NCBI GenBank assembly: GCA_963704645.1
Contig: OY969926.1
Span: 384,001-448,000 of the forward strand
DNA: 64,000 nt
Reading direction: 5' to 3'
Source: an uncultured bacterium
GTDB taxonomy: Bacteria; Patescibacteriota; JACMRA01
In this document: positions 18,888 to 29,638 of the stretch, in pieces
How the letters are laid out: each line of letters opens with the position of its first letter
Position numbering within the stretch: the stretch's first letter is position 1
Position numbers and translations under genes: made by a program
Notes under the pieces: model-generated
Database searches by the model: none
The model's input: the letters and a program-made list of their open reading frames with translations, nothing else
Told to the model about the DNA's origin: nothing

Positions 18888-20168
18888 ATGAATTTTAGTT
18901 TAACTTCTTGTGAAATTGGTCCCAACTTTCAGTTAGACGATGCTTTGATTGCACTAAGTTCTCCCTTTCTATTTTCATCAAATAAAACTGAATCTAAAGA
19001 TTTTGTAGTCAATTTTTTTGGCAATAAATACAACAATCATTTTAGGCCAAAATATTTTACGGCAGCAAGTAGAACTAGTTTATATTTACTTCTAAAATCT
19101 TTAAATTTACCTCCAAATTCCCAGGTGGCTCTGCAAGCCTTTTCTTGCGTAGTTGTGCCAAATGCAGTTTTGCAAGCTGGCTTAAAACCTTTAATTTTAG
19201 ATGTAAACTCAACAAATTATAATTTAGATCATAGAACTTTTGCAGCTGTATTTAACCCAAATGTGAAGGTTTTAATTATTCAACACACTTTTGGTTTGGC
19301 TGCAGATTGGACTGAAATTGTAAATTTTTGCAACCAGAACAATGTTATAATTATTGAGGATTGTGCTCATGCTTTAGGCACATATGTAAATATTAATAAT
19401 AAAATGGTGGAAGTTGGAAATATAGGGCAGGCTTGTTTTTTTAGTTTCGGTCGGGATAAAATTATTTCTTGTACTAGCGGGGGTGTGGCTTTAATTAAAG
19501 AAGAATATAAACAGTGGAATGATGAAATGGAAAAAAACTATGCTAAATTAGAACAAACAAACTGGTTAGAGAGTATCCGTTTACTGGTTTATATTTGGAG
19601 TACAACTTTGTTAATTCGGCCTTTCTACGGTTTATTTGGAAAAGCATTGTTCAAATTTATGGCCAATCTTCAGTTTTTAGGAGATGTCTATACTTTAGAA
19701 GAAAAAGAAGGGACTAGCAAAATTATTAATGCTAAAACTTTGCATCCAAATTTGTTCCCTGTATTGGCTAACCAGATTTCTAAACTAGAAAATTTTAATT
19801 TACACCGCAAAGAAATAGCTAAAATTTATTCCAATAAATTAGGTATAAAATATGTGGAAGGTTCGGTATTTCTACGCTTTCCTGTTCGGGTAAATTCTGA
19901 AGAATACAATCAAATAAAGCAGGCTTTAAAAACTAAAAATATTTTACTAGGACAGTGGTATCTTTCTCCATTTATTCCATTACAAACCAAAGCAGATAAG
20001 AATTTAGATAAGTTTTTTTATTCAGCTGGTAATTGCCCTGTGGTAGAAAGTTTAATTCAAGAAAAAGTATTGAATCTTCCAACTAACCCTAATACTTCTT
20101 TTAAAACTGCACTAGAAATTGCAGAAAAATTTACTACAATACGTCTTAAATTTGACAAAGCTGAATGA
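18888..20168 (+). CDS. DegT/DnrJ/EryC1/StrS aminotransferase
   Basis: QHTFG, IEDCAH, FSFGRDK. Confidence 0.88.
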   Translation: MNFSLTSCEIGPNFQLDDALIALSSPFLFSSNKTESKDFVVNFFGNKYNNHFRPKYFTAASRTSLYLLLKSLNLPPNSQVALQAFSCVVVPNAVLQAGLKPLILDVNSTNYNLDHRTFAAVFNPNVKVLIIQHTFGLAADWTEIVNFCNQNNVIIIEDCAHALGTYVNINNKMVEVGNIGQACFFSFGRDKIISCTSGGVALIKEEYKQWNDEMEKNYAKLEQTNWLESIRLLVYIWSTTLLIRPFYGLFGKALFKFMANLQFLGDVYTLEEKEGTSKIINAKTLHPNLFPVLANQISKLENFNLHRKEIAKIYSNKLGIKYVEGSVFLRFPVRVNSEEYNQIKQALKTKNILLGQWYLSPFIPLQTKADKNLDKFFYSAGNCPVVESLIQEKVLNLPTNPNTSFKTALEIAEKFTTIRLKFDKAE

Positions 20169-20187
20169 CACAGCCTTGATTGTTCTT

Positions 20188-20275
20188 GGAAGTGTCGCCT
20201 AGAGGTCTATGGCGGCGGTCTTGAAAACCGCTTGAGTGCAAGCTCTCGTGGGTTCGAATCCCACCACTTCCGCCA
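20188..20275 (+). tRNA. tRNA-Ser(UGA)
   Basis: GGAAGTG acceptor stem, GCGGT-CTTGAAA-ACCGC anticodon arm, long variable arm, GTTCGAATC, 3' GCCA. Confidence 0.95.
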
Positions 20276-20314
20276 CAATTAAATTGTATACATAAAATAA
20301 GCTTCTCATAAAAT

Positions 20315-20623
20315 ATGTCTGAAAACCAGTTAAAATTTAATTCTAAAGCATTTTGGTTAAAGAATAAAAATTTAGGAGTAGCAATTGTAGTTGCCATATT
20401 GGCTATTTTAATTGTTGGCGGGTTAATAGTGTTTAATGTTTTCAAGCCGAAAGAAGCCACTAAGGAAACAGTAAAACAATCTGAAACACAAACACAAAAC
20501 ACCAGTACAAATCAAACTTCAAACATCAAAGATCAAGATCAGCCCGCTACGGCTGACCCAGCTAATCAAGACAAACCAGTAAACCCAGTTCCACCGGTAA
20601 GCACAAATTTACCAATTAGGTAA
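20315..20623 (+). CDS. Small single-TM hypothetical protein
   Basis: TM helix plus Q/T/P-rich tail. Confidence 0.65.
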   Translation: MSENQLKFNSKAFWLKNKNLGVAIVVAILAILIVGGLIVFNVFKPKEATKETVKQSETQTQNTSTNQTSNIKDQDQPATADPANQDKPVNPVPPVSTNLPIR

Positions 20624-20643
20624 TTACTGGCATTTATGGAAAT

Positions 20644-21423
20644 ATGGCATTTACTTACAATATTAGCATTGCTTGTTTAGTTACCAACGATAAATTTAAA
20701 TGGGAAGAATTGCTATGCCAGAATTGGCAAAATGAGCAAATTATTATTGCCCTAACTAACCCAATTTTTAACTTGGGAAATTTATCTAAATTGCCAAATT
20801 GCGTTGTAGTAACTGGTTCAAACGAAGAATTAGAAAATTTAATTTTAGAAAAAGTGCAGGGGGAATATTTGGTTTTTATCAACCCGCAAGAAAGTATTCA
20901 AAAAACTTTTGTAGAAGATTTAAGAACTTGGTTAACAGCAAATTATTCGGCTGATAAATTACTATACGGTTTAGGTTTTGTATACAGAAACAAGGCCACA
21001 ATTTTTAGTTCCGAGGCTTTACCATTGCTATCTAAACCAATTGCCATTGAAAATATTTTAAATAATTTTGCCTACTTATTACCATGGGTAAAATATGTTT
21101 GGAAGGTAAGTTTAATTAAAGATTGGAGTTTGAAATTTGATTCCTCAATATCATCTTGGATGATAAAACAAGCGGTGTTTAACCTAGACTACATTTCTAG
21201 TTTATATAAAGTAAATGGATACGTTCAGTTAAAATCTGCGTCTATTCCTTTTGCCTGCATTTCAGGTTTTGACCCAGCTACACCATTTTTAAAAACCCAA
21301 GTTCTAGAAGAAAAAATTGAAGACAAGAGTGAAATTTGGCTAGCCAACCCTTTTAGCAAAGTAGCCCTAAAATACCGTTGGTTGAAGTTTAAAAAGGGTA
21401 AGGTTTACAATAATATTTATTAA
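20644..21423 (+). CDS. Hypothetical protein, degenerate GT2-like fold
   Basis: KVQGEYLVFIN resembles the GT2 'a.GeYi.FlD' motif but lacks DxD. Confidence 0.45.
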   Translation: MAFTYNISIACLVTNDKFKWEELLCQNWQNEQIIIALTNPIFNLGNLSKLPNCVVVTGSNEELENLILEKVQGEYLVFINPQESIQKTFVEDLRTWLTANYSADKLLYGLGFVYRNKATIFSSEALPLLSKPIAIENILNNFAYLLPWVKYVWKVSLIKDWSLKFDSSISSWMIKQAVFNLDYISSLYKVNGYVQLKSASIPFACISGFDPATPFLKTQVLEEKIEDKSEIWLANPFSKVALKYRWLKFKKGKVYNNIY

Positions 21424-21443
21424 ATTTATAAAATAACTAAATT

Positions 21444-23144
21444 ATGAGCGAATTATTAGAAAGTCACCGAGTAAGTTTAGATGAAATACTTGGAAACGGT
21501 AAAATTTATAAGATACCAGATTTCCAACGGGACTATTCTTGGAGTAAAGAAAACTGGGAAGATTTGTGGTTCGATATGGTGGAGCTTTTAGACCAAAAAA
21601 GTGCACATTACATGGGTAGTATAGTACTACAAAATACATTGGAAGAAAAAAAATATTTGGTTGTAGATGGACAACAAAGGCTTACCACCCTATCTATTTT
21701 CATACTATCCGTAATCAACTTTCTGAAAAATTTAGCTGAAAAAGGCATAGAAGCTGAAAAAAATGAGGCAAGGGTTGAGGTTTTAAAAAATAAATATATA
21801 GGTACAAAGCCTGCCACCACTCTATTTTACACTACTAAATTAGAGCTAAATAAAAATAATGATAATTTCTATAAACAATATCTAACTGAATTTAAACCGC
21901 CTATTAATATAAATAAACTTAAGAGCTCTGAAAAACTACTATACGATGCTTACTATTATTTTGTTGATAAATTAAATATAGAATTTAAAGATGATAATGG
22001 AACTAAAGTAACCAATTTCTTAGAAAATATTATAGCGAATAAATTATACTTAATACAAATCATAGTAGATGATGATTTAAGTGCGTACACAGTGTTTGAA
22101 ACTTTGAATGCAAGAGGAGTAGATCTTACAACAACCGATTTATTAAAAAATTACCTGTTTTCATTGGCAAGTAAAGACGGATCAGATATTCAGATTTTGC
22201 AAAATAGTTGGACAGAAATAGTTGATTCTGTTGGATTCAAAGATTTTCCTAATTTTTTAAGATATTATATAAATAGTAAAAAGAGCCTAGTACGGCACAA
22301 TAGATTATATAAAGAGTTAAAAAGTGAAATAACTAACTCATCAAAAGTTTTTGAGCTAATTGAAGAATTGAAAAAATTTGTGTACCTATATATTGCAATT
22401 AAAAACCCTTCTGACGAGTTTTGGAATGGACATCCTAAGCATCAACTGATTAGAAAATATTTGGAAGAGATGAATATTTTTGGAGTAACTCAACCAATTC
22501 CAGTTTTGTTTGCTGTTCATAGCTATTTACCAGAACTATTTTCTGATGCTTTAATAATACTTTCAGTTATATCTTTTAGGTATAATATTATTGGTAAATT
22601 AAACCCAAATGAACTGGAAAAAGTATATAACAATTTAGCAAAAAAAATTAGTAATAAAGAAGTAATTAATAAAAAACAAATTTTGGAACACTTACGCTCA
22701 ATTTATATTAATGATGATGAGTTTGAAAACACTTTTTCAACAAAATCTATTTCTACCAAAGTAGCAAAAAAAATTGTAAAATATATCTTAGTAAAGTTAG
22801 AAAATCAAATATCAAATATTGAACACAACTATGAAAATTCTGAGATTACCATTGAACATATTCTGCCAGAAAATTATACTAATGATTGGACTAATTCGTT
22901 TAGCACAGATATAGATTCATATTTATATCGGTTGGGGAATTATACTCTTTTAAATGATGGAGATAATAGAAAAGCTGGTGTTCACGTTTTTGAAAAGAAA
23001 GCAGAAATATACAAGTTATCAGGATTTAAACTTTCAAGTGATAAAATAAACTATGATAGTTGGAATTCTGGAAACTTAAACACAAGACAAAGGGCTTTGG
23101 CAAAAATAGCTAAAACGGTTTGGAAAGTCGATTTTGAAACATAG
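21444..23144 (+). CDS. GmrSD-type type IV restriction endonuclease (DUF262 + DUF1524/HNH)
   Basis: IPDFQRDYSW, VDGQQRLTT, FETLNARG; C-terminal IEHILPE...RLGNYTLL...N. Confidence 0.9.
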   Translation: MSELLESHRVSLDEILGNGKIYKIPDFQRDYSWSKENWEDLWFDMVELLDQKSAHYMGSIVLQNTLEEKKYLVVDGQQRLTTLSIFILSVINFLKNLAEKGIEAEKNEARVEVLKNKYIGTKPATTLFYTTKLELNKNNDNFYKQYLTEFKPPININKLKSSEKLLYDAYYYFVDKLNIEFKDDNGTKVTNFLENIIANKLYLIQIIVDDDLSAYTVFETLNARGVDLTTTDLLKNYLFSLASKDGSDIQILQNSWTEIVDSVGFKDFPNFLRYYINSKKSLVRHNRLYKELKSEITNSSKVFELIEELKKFVYLYIAIKNPSDEFWNGHPKHQLIRKYLEEMNIFGVTQPIPVLFAVHSYLPELFSDALIILSVISFRYNIIGKLNPNELEKVYNNLAKKISNKEVINKKQILEHLRSIYINDDEFENTFSTKSISTKVAKKIVKYILVKLENQISNIEHNYENSEITIEHILPENYTNDWTNSFSTDIDSYLYRLGNYTLLNDGDNRKAGVHVFEKKAEIYKLSGFKLSSDKINYDSWNSGNLNTRQRALAKIAKTVWKVDFET

Positions 23145-23188
23145 ACATTAATTTTGACAAAAAGGGTTGGGGTAACTTTCCTTAAAGC

Positions 23189-24010
23189 ATGATTCAAAAA
23201 AAGCTAAGGCAATTTTTTAAAAACAATTTATCGGCTATTTTATTTTTTGGTTTAATAATATTTGGGGTTGCTTCCTTTAGTATAAAAAATTCTCAGGAAT
23301 CTAACTATGCTAGAGAAATTATAGATTATGCCGAAAGTTCTGTGCCAACTTTACGTACTAAGTTTGCCGAAATAGTTGAGGTAAGCGAAAACCGTAATAA
23401 CGATGATGAAACTTACACTGAAGTTTTTAATAAGTTAGACGATTACCAAAAAATGGTGACAGATTTAGCAGCTAAAGTACCAAGTAAAAGCGGCGATGCG
23501 GATACTAGAAAACTTGAACAGGCTTTGAAAGACTTTGTTTTAAGAGTAAATGACGAAAATATAAAAACATTGCAAACCGAGTACAAACTTCGCCAAGAAA
23601 TTAGGCAAGATCAAAATAATTACGCCGATATAAAAACTGTTATTAATACTGATGGTTCTAAAAAAGAAGATTTAGAAAAAAGCTATAATTCAGGTTTAAA
23701 AGTTTTAGAATTTAACAGGAAAATAGAAAAAAATGGAACTAATTTGCAGGAGCAAGCTTCAGCTAAATCTAACAACGATTCTCTGGAATCTAGTTTAAGT
23801 AAGGTAAAACAAGTCTTGGGTAATTCCGCCGATACTTTAAGTGGAAATGACAAACAAGCAGTTTCTCAAATTTACGCCGATGGCTGGCCTGTAAAACCTT
23901 TGGTATTTTCTAGTATAAGCCAATCAGATTTAGAAAACGACGATTTTGTTGGAAACATTAAGCAGCTTCAGCAATTTGTAAAAGCAATTCGTCAAAAATT
24001 TAATTTATAA
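23189..24010 (+). CDS. Hypothetical membrane-anchored helical protein
   Basis: N-terminal TM, coiled-coil character. Confidence 0.7.
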   Translation: MIQKKLRQFFKNNLSAILFFGLIIFGVASFSIKNSQESNYAREIIDYAESSVPTLRTKFAEIVEVSENRNNDDETYTEVFNKLDDYQKMVTDLAAKVPSKSGDADTRKLEQALKDFVLRVNDENIKTLQTEYKLRQEIRQDQNNYADIKTVINTDGSKKEDLEKSYNSGLKVLEFNRKIEKNGTNLQEQASAKSNNDSLESSLSKVKQVLGNSADTLSGNDKQAVSQIYADGWPVKPLVFSSISQSDLENDDFVGNIKQLQQFVKAIRQKFNL

Positions 24011-25020
24011 TGAGTGAATACTTTACTAACTCAAAACAAAATAAGTTTAAAGTTTTAGCCCCGGCTAGAGCTAATTTCAACTATGTTCGGCTAAACACGA
24101 ATAGGTTAAGTTTTCTACCCTCTCTGTTCATTTCATTTCTTAGTTTGGTGGCCGTCGTTTGGTTATTTATTTATTTTAACCCAATAGGATTGTTTACCAG
24201 AAACCCACAAATTGCTGGTGTGGAAGAAAAAATTTCGCTAGATCAATCTGATCTAAAATTAGATAATGCTAGTGAGATTAATAACCAACCTTCTTCCTTA
24301 GACAAATCTGTTTTAATAACCAAAGGGTCCTCTTCTTGCAAGCTAAATTACCCTATTAATTTTAATTTACCAGTTACAGCTTTAATTAAAAAAGATAAAC
24401 AAAGTTGGTGGCTTCCAGCAATAGATAATTGTTCTGATTCTAATATACAAGCGGTTCAAATAGTTCAACTAAGTAATGAAGAAGGCTTGCAAGTAAAAGT
24501 TGGTTTGAACCCGTCTAATATATTTTTAATTTCGGCTAAAGATAACATTTACGCACTAGTTTACACTAAAGATAAGCAAATTTCAAGTTATAATTTTTCG
24601 GAATTTGGGGAAAATTTGCTAGAACCTACTTTTGCTTCTTCTAAAACTTTTGATGCTTTAAAAATGTACGATACTAAAATTGTAGACAATTGGTCTTACC
24701 AGTTAAGTGTTGGTTGCCAAGCTAAAAGTGTTGAAGATAATTGTATTATTTGGAAACAAAATCAATATTCTGGAGTAGTTTATAAATTAAAGCCAGATTT
24801 ATACTTAGATCTTCAAAATTTAAGTTTGCCTTACAATAAAGAAAAAAGCTATTTAAAATTTGCAAAAAAACAGGACTCTAATTCTGATATTAATTTAATT
24901 TTTGGTAATCTTGAAGATTCAGATTATTTTCTAATTAAGCTGGGTGTAAAAAGCAACTCTATTTCTTCAGCTTCAAAATATAGTTTATCTGACCCAGACT
25001 ATAATTCGTATTTTAGGTAA
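24010..25020 (+). CDS. Hypothetical membrane-anchored protein
   Basis: TM near the N-terminus; start overlaps the upstream stop (TAATG). Confidence 0.7.
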   Translation: MSEYFTNSKQNKFKVLAPARANFNYVRLNTNRLSFLPSLFISFLSLVAVVWLFIYFNPIGLFTRNPQIAGVEEKISLDQSDLKLDNASEINNQPSSLDKSVLITKGSSSCKLNYPINFNLPVTALIKKDKQSWWLPAIDNCSDSNIQAVQIVQLSNEEGLQVKVGLNPSNIFLISAKDNIYALVYTKDKQISSYNFSEFGENLLEPTFASSKTFDALKMYDTKIVDNWSYQLSVGCQAKSVEDNCIIWKQNQYSGVVYKLKPDLYLDLQNLSLPYNKEKSYLKFAKKQDSNSDINLIFGNLEDSDYFLIKLGVKSNSISSASKYSLSDPDYNSYFR

Positions 25021-25028
25021 CAATCCCC

Positions 25029-25050
25029 GTAGCGGCGAAGTTTACGAGCC
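25029..25050 (+). repeat. REP-like element
   Basis: GTAGCGGCGAAGTTTACGAGCC; 20/22 identical to the reverse complement of 58256-58277. Confidence 0.65.
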
Positions 25051-26316
25051 ATTATTCTGAGTGGCTAATTCTTTCTTAAGCAACCAATTCAAAACAAAGG
25101 CCTTAATAATTAAATCGAATAAATAGGAAATAATTGTGGCTATTACAGCTCCGTTAAGGCCAAAATTTGGAATTAAGATAATGTAAAGTATAACTGCTAA
25201 AGTTGCAGTTAAAGCCGTGGTAATTAAGTCGTATTTTTCCTTGCCCAAAAAAATTGTTGTATCTTTAAAAATTAACATTGGGCAAATAAATACTAAACTA
25301 ATTCCCAGTAATGGTAATATTTGAGCTGTTTGATTATATTTGTTTTGTGAATCAATTAACCATATTGCAAGCCACCCAAAAAGTGCTATTCCTATGCTTA
25401 AAATAACACCTAAACCTAAAGCAAAACCTGCAAATCTAAACAATATTTTTTGTTTCTCTTTGGAATCTTTTTCAACTACAATTTGCTTAGTAACCAAGCT
25501 GGAAATTGCAGGCATAACTAAACCTGGAACCACTTGGGCAATTTCGAAAAGCTTATAGGCATTGGAATAACTGTTAATTGAATTATCTGAAAATTTAAAA
25601 TAAGCCAAAAATAGTTTGTCTGTGGTTAGGTAAATTGCAATAGCCAAATTAGCCAAAGCCAAATACACCAAACCCTTAGAATTTTTTTGAAGTGTTTTAA
25701 AATTAAACTTACCAAAATGGGTAAATTTTCTCTGCCAAAAAGCATCTATTACAAGGGAAATACTGTAAGCTATAATGCTTAAAATTATAAAGTAATACAA
25801 AGGTGCAAGACCAAAATACAAAACTATATTTCCTAAAATCAAACCACAAACTAAAATAAATTTTCCTAAAAAATCGGTAACACTAAATTGCCAAGTTCGC
25901 CCTACAGCCTGACAAATTGACCTATAATTTAAGTCGGCTACTAAAATAAATTGGGCTGTAAATAAACTTAAAATTAAACCAAGATCTTGAGTTTGGGAAA
26001 TTGGATAGGTAAAACAAATTAAAACTACTGCTAAAAAATAACTTACTACCCTTAAAATTGTTATTGTTGTCCAAACATCACTATTTTCCTTTGCATTTTG
26101 GTTGTGAGTATAAATTTTTTGAAGGGTTTGCGGAATTCCAAAATCAATCAAAACCAATAAAACAGCATTATAAGCAAGTATTAAATTATAGTTTCTATAG
26201 TCCGAAACAGACAAAACTTCTACCAACCAGCGGGTTGTAAAAAAGCCAAGCCCAATGGCTAAAAATTTAATTACAACTTGCCAAATAAGGCCACTAGAAA
26301 ACTGCTTGGTAAACAT
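25042..26316 (-). CDS. Oligosaccharide flippase (Wzx/MOP superfamily)
   Basis: Multi-TM; DFGI, TDKLFL, IPNFGLNGAVIAT. Confidence 0.85.
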   Translation of the reverse strand: MFTKQFSSGLIWQVVIKFLAIGLGFFTTRWLVEVLSVSDYRNYNLILAYNAVLLVLIDFGIPQTLQKIYTHNQNAKENSDVWTTITILRVVSYFLAVVLICFTYPISQTQDLGLILSLFTAQFILVADLNYRSICQAVGRTWQFSVTDFLGKFILVCGLILGNIVLYFGLAPLYYFIILSIIAYSISLVIDAFWQRKFTHFGKFNFKTLQKNSKGLVYLALANLAIAIYLTTDKLFLAYFKFSDNSINSYSNAYKLFEIAQVVPGLVMPAISSLVTKQIVVEKDSKEKQKILFRFAGFALGLGVILSIGIALFGWLAIWLIDSQNKYNQTAQILPLLGISLVFICPMLIFKDTTIFLGKEKYDLITTALTATLAVILYIILIPNFGLNGAVIATIISYLFDLIIKAFVLNWLLKKELATQNNGS

Positions 26317-26521
26317 TTATTTAGAGTTGTTTAGGGTAGGGTAAATGTCAAAATCAAATTTACTGCTAAGTACTACTGAGTAAGAGCACAGCAAGTATTT
26401 TTGTTTAATTACGTGAAACGTTTCGCCAATAATCGTATTCTAAAAACTTGTCATCATACAAATTTTATGAACCTAGTTTCAGTAGGGTAATAACCAATTT
26501 CTACCCTACAAAAAATAACCA

Positions 26522-26944
26522 ATGAAACTTGATGAATATTTGCGTAAAATTTTATTCATTTTAACTGTAGACGAAGCTGAGGAATTATTGCCTTATTTGC
26601 TGAAAGTTAAAGATTTGAATATGTCGGAAGTTAAAGTCTTTATTGTGAAAGATTCTGTTTTCGATAATAAAACTGAAGCAGATATTAGGATTGCAATTTT
26701 TAATTTATATAAGCTGAGTATAGTTGTTACAAATAGTTTAGGAGGTTTTCTAACTGGGTTTGTGTTTAGATCTGACTCTGATCTTAGGAGTTGCGATCGG
26801 CCTATCAAATTATTTTTTATAGGCAATATTAAACCTCAGGGTTGTAGCCCAGAGCACTATTTAGGTTCTGTAGGATGTTTTGTTTCAAAGTTGCAGTCAG
26901 GTAATTATACACAGCTTAAATCAATCTTTTCTGACAAAGTTTAG
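26522..26944 (+). CDS. Hypothetical protein, paralog of 27115-27507
   Basis: Shared LFILTxDE, IRxAIF, VxNSL and YxGxVGxF motifs. Confidence 0.7.
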   Translation: MKLDEYLRKILFILTVDEAEELLPYLLKVKDLNMSEVKVFIVKDSVFDNKTEADIRIAIFNLYKLSIVVTNSLGGFLTGFVFRSDSDLRSCDRPIKLFFIGNIKPQGCSPEHYLGSVGCFVSKLQSGNYTQLKSIFSDKV

Positions 26945-27114
26945 TTCGCTGTAAAAATATTCACCATCCCATTTAGAAATAAGTGGGTTTTTAATTGTGC
27001 TTGCCTTTTTTCTTGAAAACAGTTGTAAATAAACTATTTAAATGCTTGCCATTTAACCAAAATTGTGAGTCTACATTTAAAGTAGGTAGTATCTAGTTTT
27101 CGGAAAAGTGAAGT

Positions 27115-27507
27115 ATGATTGATTCTTATTTTACTGAATCTTTGTTTATTTTAACTCCAGATGAAGTCAAAAGGCTGTTTGGATCGGTCGAACACTTAGC
27201 TTCCACAGATATTAAAATATTTGAAGTTAATAGTGTAGTCTCTAATGATCAGATTAGGTGTGCAATTTTTGGAGCTAAAAGTCTTAAATTTATTGTGGTA
27301 AATAGCTTGGATGAAAGAATTCATAGTTTTCCTAAAAGAAGTACAAGTAATCTGAAATTAGTTTCAATAGCTGATGTTGTGCCTCGTTGGTGTAATGATA
27401 AGTACTATTTTGGCCCAGTTGGAAACTTTATTTTTCAGTTGCAGCAAATGGATGAGAAAAAGTTAAAAGCACTTTTTGTTGATGCAAATAATCATTTACC
27501 TGTTTAG
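27115..27507 (+). CDS. Hypothetical protein, paralog of 26522-26944
   Basis: Same shared motifs and a related terminator. Confidence 0.7.
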   Translation: MIDSYFTESLFILTPDEVKRLFGSVEHLASTDIKIFEVNSVVSNDQIRCAIFGAKSLKFIVVNSLDERIHSFPKRSTSNLKLVSIADVVPRWCNDKYYFGPVGNFIFQLQQMDEKKLKALFVDANNHLPV

Positions 27508-27575
27508 AAATAAACGGGGTTTTTTATTAGTAAAATCTTTTGACACTTTTTTGTATCCAATCTAATGTTAGACAA

Positions 27576-29009
27576 ATGCCTAATAATTCTAAAACCTCTC
27601 TTAAAACTATTGTAGATTTTGCCCGTCGCAAAGGTTTCGTTTTTCCTTCCTCAGAAATTTATGGAGGCTTTGCCGCCACTTATGATTTCGGCCCGCTTGG
27701 TGTTTTATTAAAGAAAAATATTGAACAAGCCTGGAGGCATTGGAACGTTACCAGCAGAACAGATATGGTAGAAATAGAAGGAGCAATTTTTATGCACCCA
27801 AAAGCCTGGGAAGCCAGTGGCCACATCGGCGGTTTCTCCGATTTATTGGTAGAAGACACAGTTACACATAAAAGGTATAGAGCAGACCATTTGGTGGAAG
27901 ATGCTAAGATTGTTTGGCCGTTGTCTGAGTCTCAAATTGTCACTAACGCAGGTTCTTTTTCCGCTGAAGAAATTGACCAAATTATTGAACATTACAAACT
28001 AAAATCACCAGATGGAAATTCTCTTTCTAAGGCTAAAAAGTTTAATTTGTTGGTTAAAACTCATTTGGGTCCTGTGGAAGATGAAACCAGTGTGGCTTAT
28101 TTAAAAGGTGAAAGTTGTGCCAACATTTATGTAGATTGGAAGGCGGTTCAAGAAACCACAAGGCGTAAATTACCTTTTGGAATTGCCCAAATTGGAAAGG
28201 CTTTCAGGAATGAAATAACAGTTAAACAGTTCATGTTCCGAACCCGTGAGTTTGAACAAATGGACGTAGAATATTTTGTAAAACCTGGGGAAGAAAGTAA
28301 GTTTTACCCCGAATGGAAGCAGAACAGATGGGATTTTTATACAAAGGCTTTAAATTTTGATGAAGCCAATTTGCAATATCGCCAGCACGATAAAGATGAA
28401 CTGGTTTTTTACGCCAAAGAAGCTTGGGACGTTGAATATAATTTTGGGGAAATTGGTTTTAAAGAACTAGAGGGAATTCACAATCGAACCGATTACGATA
28501 CTGTTCAACACAGCAAATTTTCCGGCCAAGATTTAACCTATTTTGATGCTGAAACCAACACCAGATATAACCCGTACATTGTAGAAATGTCAGCAGGTTT
28601 TAACCGAATGTACCTAGCTGTGATGTTCGAATTTTATACTGAAGAAATTCTTAAAACCGAGAAAGGTGAAGACGAAACAAGAATTGTTTTTAAATTACCT
28701 TATGTTTTAGCTCCATTTAAATTAGCAGTTTTACCTTTAATGAAAAAAGATGGGCTAGGGGAGTTTGCTTTTGAATTATACTCGAAGCTGCGCAAACAAG
28801 GAATTTCAGCCGATTACGACGAAGCTGGTTCAATTGGTAAGAGATACCGAAGACAAGACGAAAATGGTACACCATGGTGCTTATGCGTAGACTACGAAAC
28901 AATTAAAGAGGGCGAACAACAAAACACAGTAACCTTACGCCACCGAGACACAATGGAACAAACAAGAGTAGCAATTTCCGACCTAGAAAATTTCATAAAA
29001 GGTTTTTAA
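27576..29009 (+). CDS. glyS: Glycine--tRNA ligase (homodimeric alpha2 type)
   Basis: RKGFVFPSSEIYGG, FGIAQIGKAFRNEI, FRTREFEQM, GSIGKRYRRQDE. Start placed at ATG 27576. Confidence 0.95.
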   Translation: MPNNSKTSLKTIVDFARRKGFVFPSSEIYGGFAATYDFGPLGVLLKKNIEQAWRHWNVTSRTDMVEIEGAIFMHPKAWEASGHIGGFSDLLVEDTVTHKRYRADHLVEDAKIVWPLSESQIVTNAGSFSAEEIDQIIEHYKLKSPDGNSLSKAKKFNLLVKTHLGPVEDETSVAYLKGESCANIYVDWKAVQETTRRKLPFGIAQIGKAFRNEITVKQFMFRTREFEQMDVEYFVKPGEESKFYPEWKQNRWDFYTKALNFDEANLQYRQHDKDELVFYAKEAWDVEYNFGEIGFKELEGIHNRTDYDTVQHSKFSGQDLTYFDAETNTRYNPYIVEMSAGFNRMYLAVMFEFYTEEILKTEKGEDETRIVFKLPYVLAPFKLAVLPLMKKDGLGEFAFELYSKLRKQGISADYDEAGSIGKRYRRQDENGTPWCLCVDYETIKEGEQQNTVTLRHRDTMEQTRVAISDLENFIKGF

Positions 29010-29011
29010 AT

Positions 29012-29085
29012 GTAGGGGCGAACCCCGTGTCGCCATTGGTGCAGTATAAATAAAAAAACCATGCAGGGGCATGATTTATCCGCCC
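29012..29085 (+). repeat. REP-like element plus a degenerate second copy
   Basis: GTAGGGGCGAACCCCGTGTCGCC (29012-29034); GCAGGGGCATGATTTATCCGCCC (29063-29085). Confidence 0.65.
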
Positions 29086-29174
29086 ACCTTGGCCAAGCGA
29101 ATGAATTGACCAAACAAATATTCTGTGCCACGTTAGAAAAAGGAAAATTTAAAACATTTTCTTAAATTCAAATA

Positions 29175-29561
29175 TTGAGGAAGCTAGAAGTGTCAGAAAG
29201 ATGTCCATCAAAAGCGATTCAAAATGAATCTATTAAAGCTTACCATAACACTGATGATAACACAGTTTGGTTTAGCAAGTTGAATGATGTTGAAGATGAT
29301 CAGCTTACACTGTTACAAGGTTTTAAAATTCTTAAAGCATTATTAGAGTTTTTAAAATTTGATGTATCAGGCGCTGGATCGATTCAAGATTTATTGAGGT
29401 TTGGTAAGCAAGATCGTACTTTCTATAGTTTTAAATCTCAGTATATTCTGGGAGATCAAGAAGTAATGCTTTCAACAAAATTAACTAATGAAAGTTTTGA
29501 AAACACGATTTTCTTCCCTGAAGAGAGTCTTGCCAAAGCTTTTTATGATTCTCTAAATTAA
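29175..29561 (+). CDS. Hypothetical protein
   Basis: 128-aa ORF followed by a terminator-like hairpin. Confidence 0.55.
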   Translation: MRKLEVSERCPSKAIQNESIKAYHNTDDNTVWFSKLNDVEDDQLTLLQGFKILKALLEFLKFDVSGAGSIQDLLRFGKQDRTFYSFKSQYILGDQEVMLSTKLTNESFENTIFFPEESLAKAFYDSLN

Positions 29562-29638
29562 AAAAATTATTAAGAATTCCCAACTGCAAAACTGTGTAGT
29601 TGGGGTTTTATTTTTTGCCTAAAATTTCATCCAAAATC

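Noticed and set aside
20146-20502. 118-aa minus-strand ORF
   Set aside because: Shadow of tRNA-Ser and the + strand gene.
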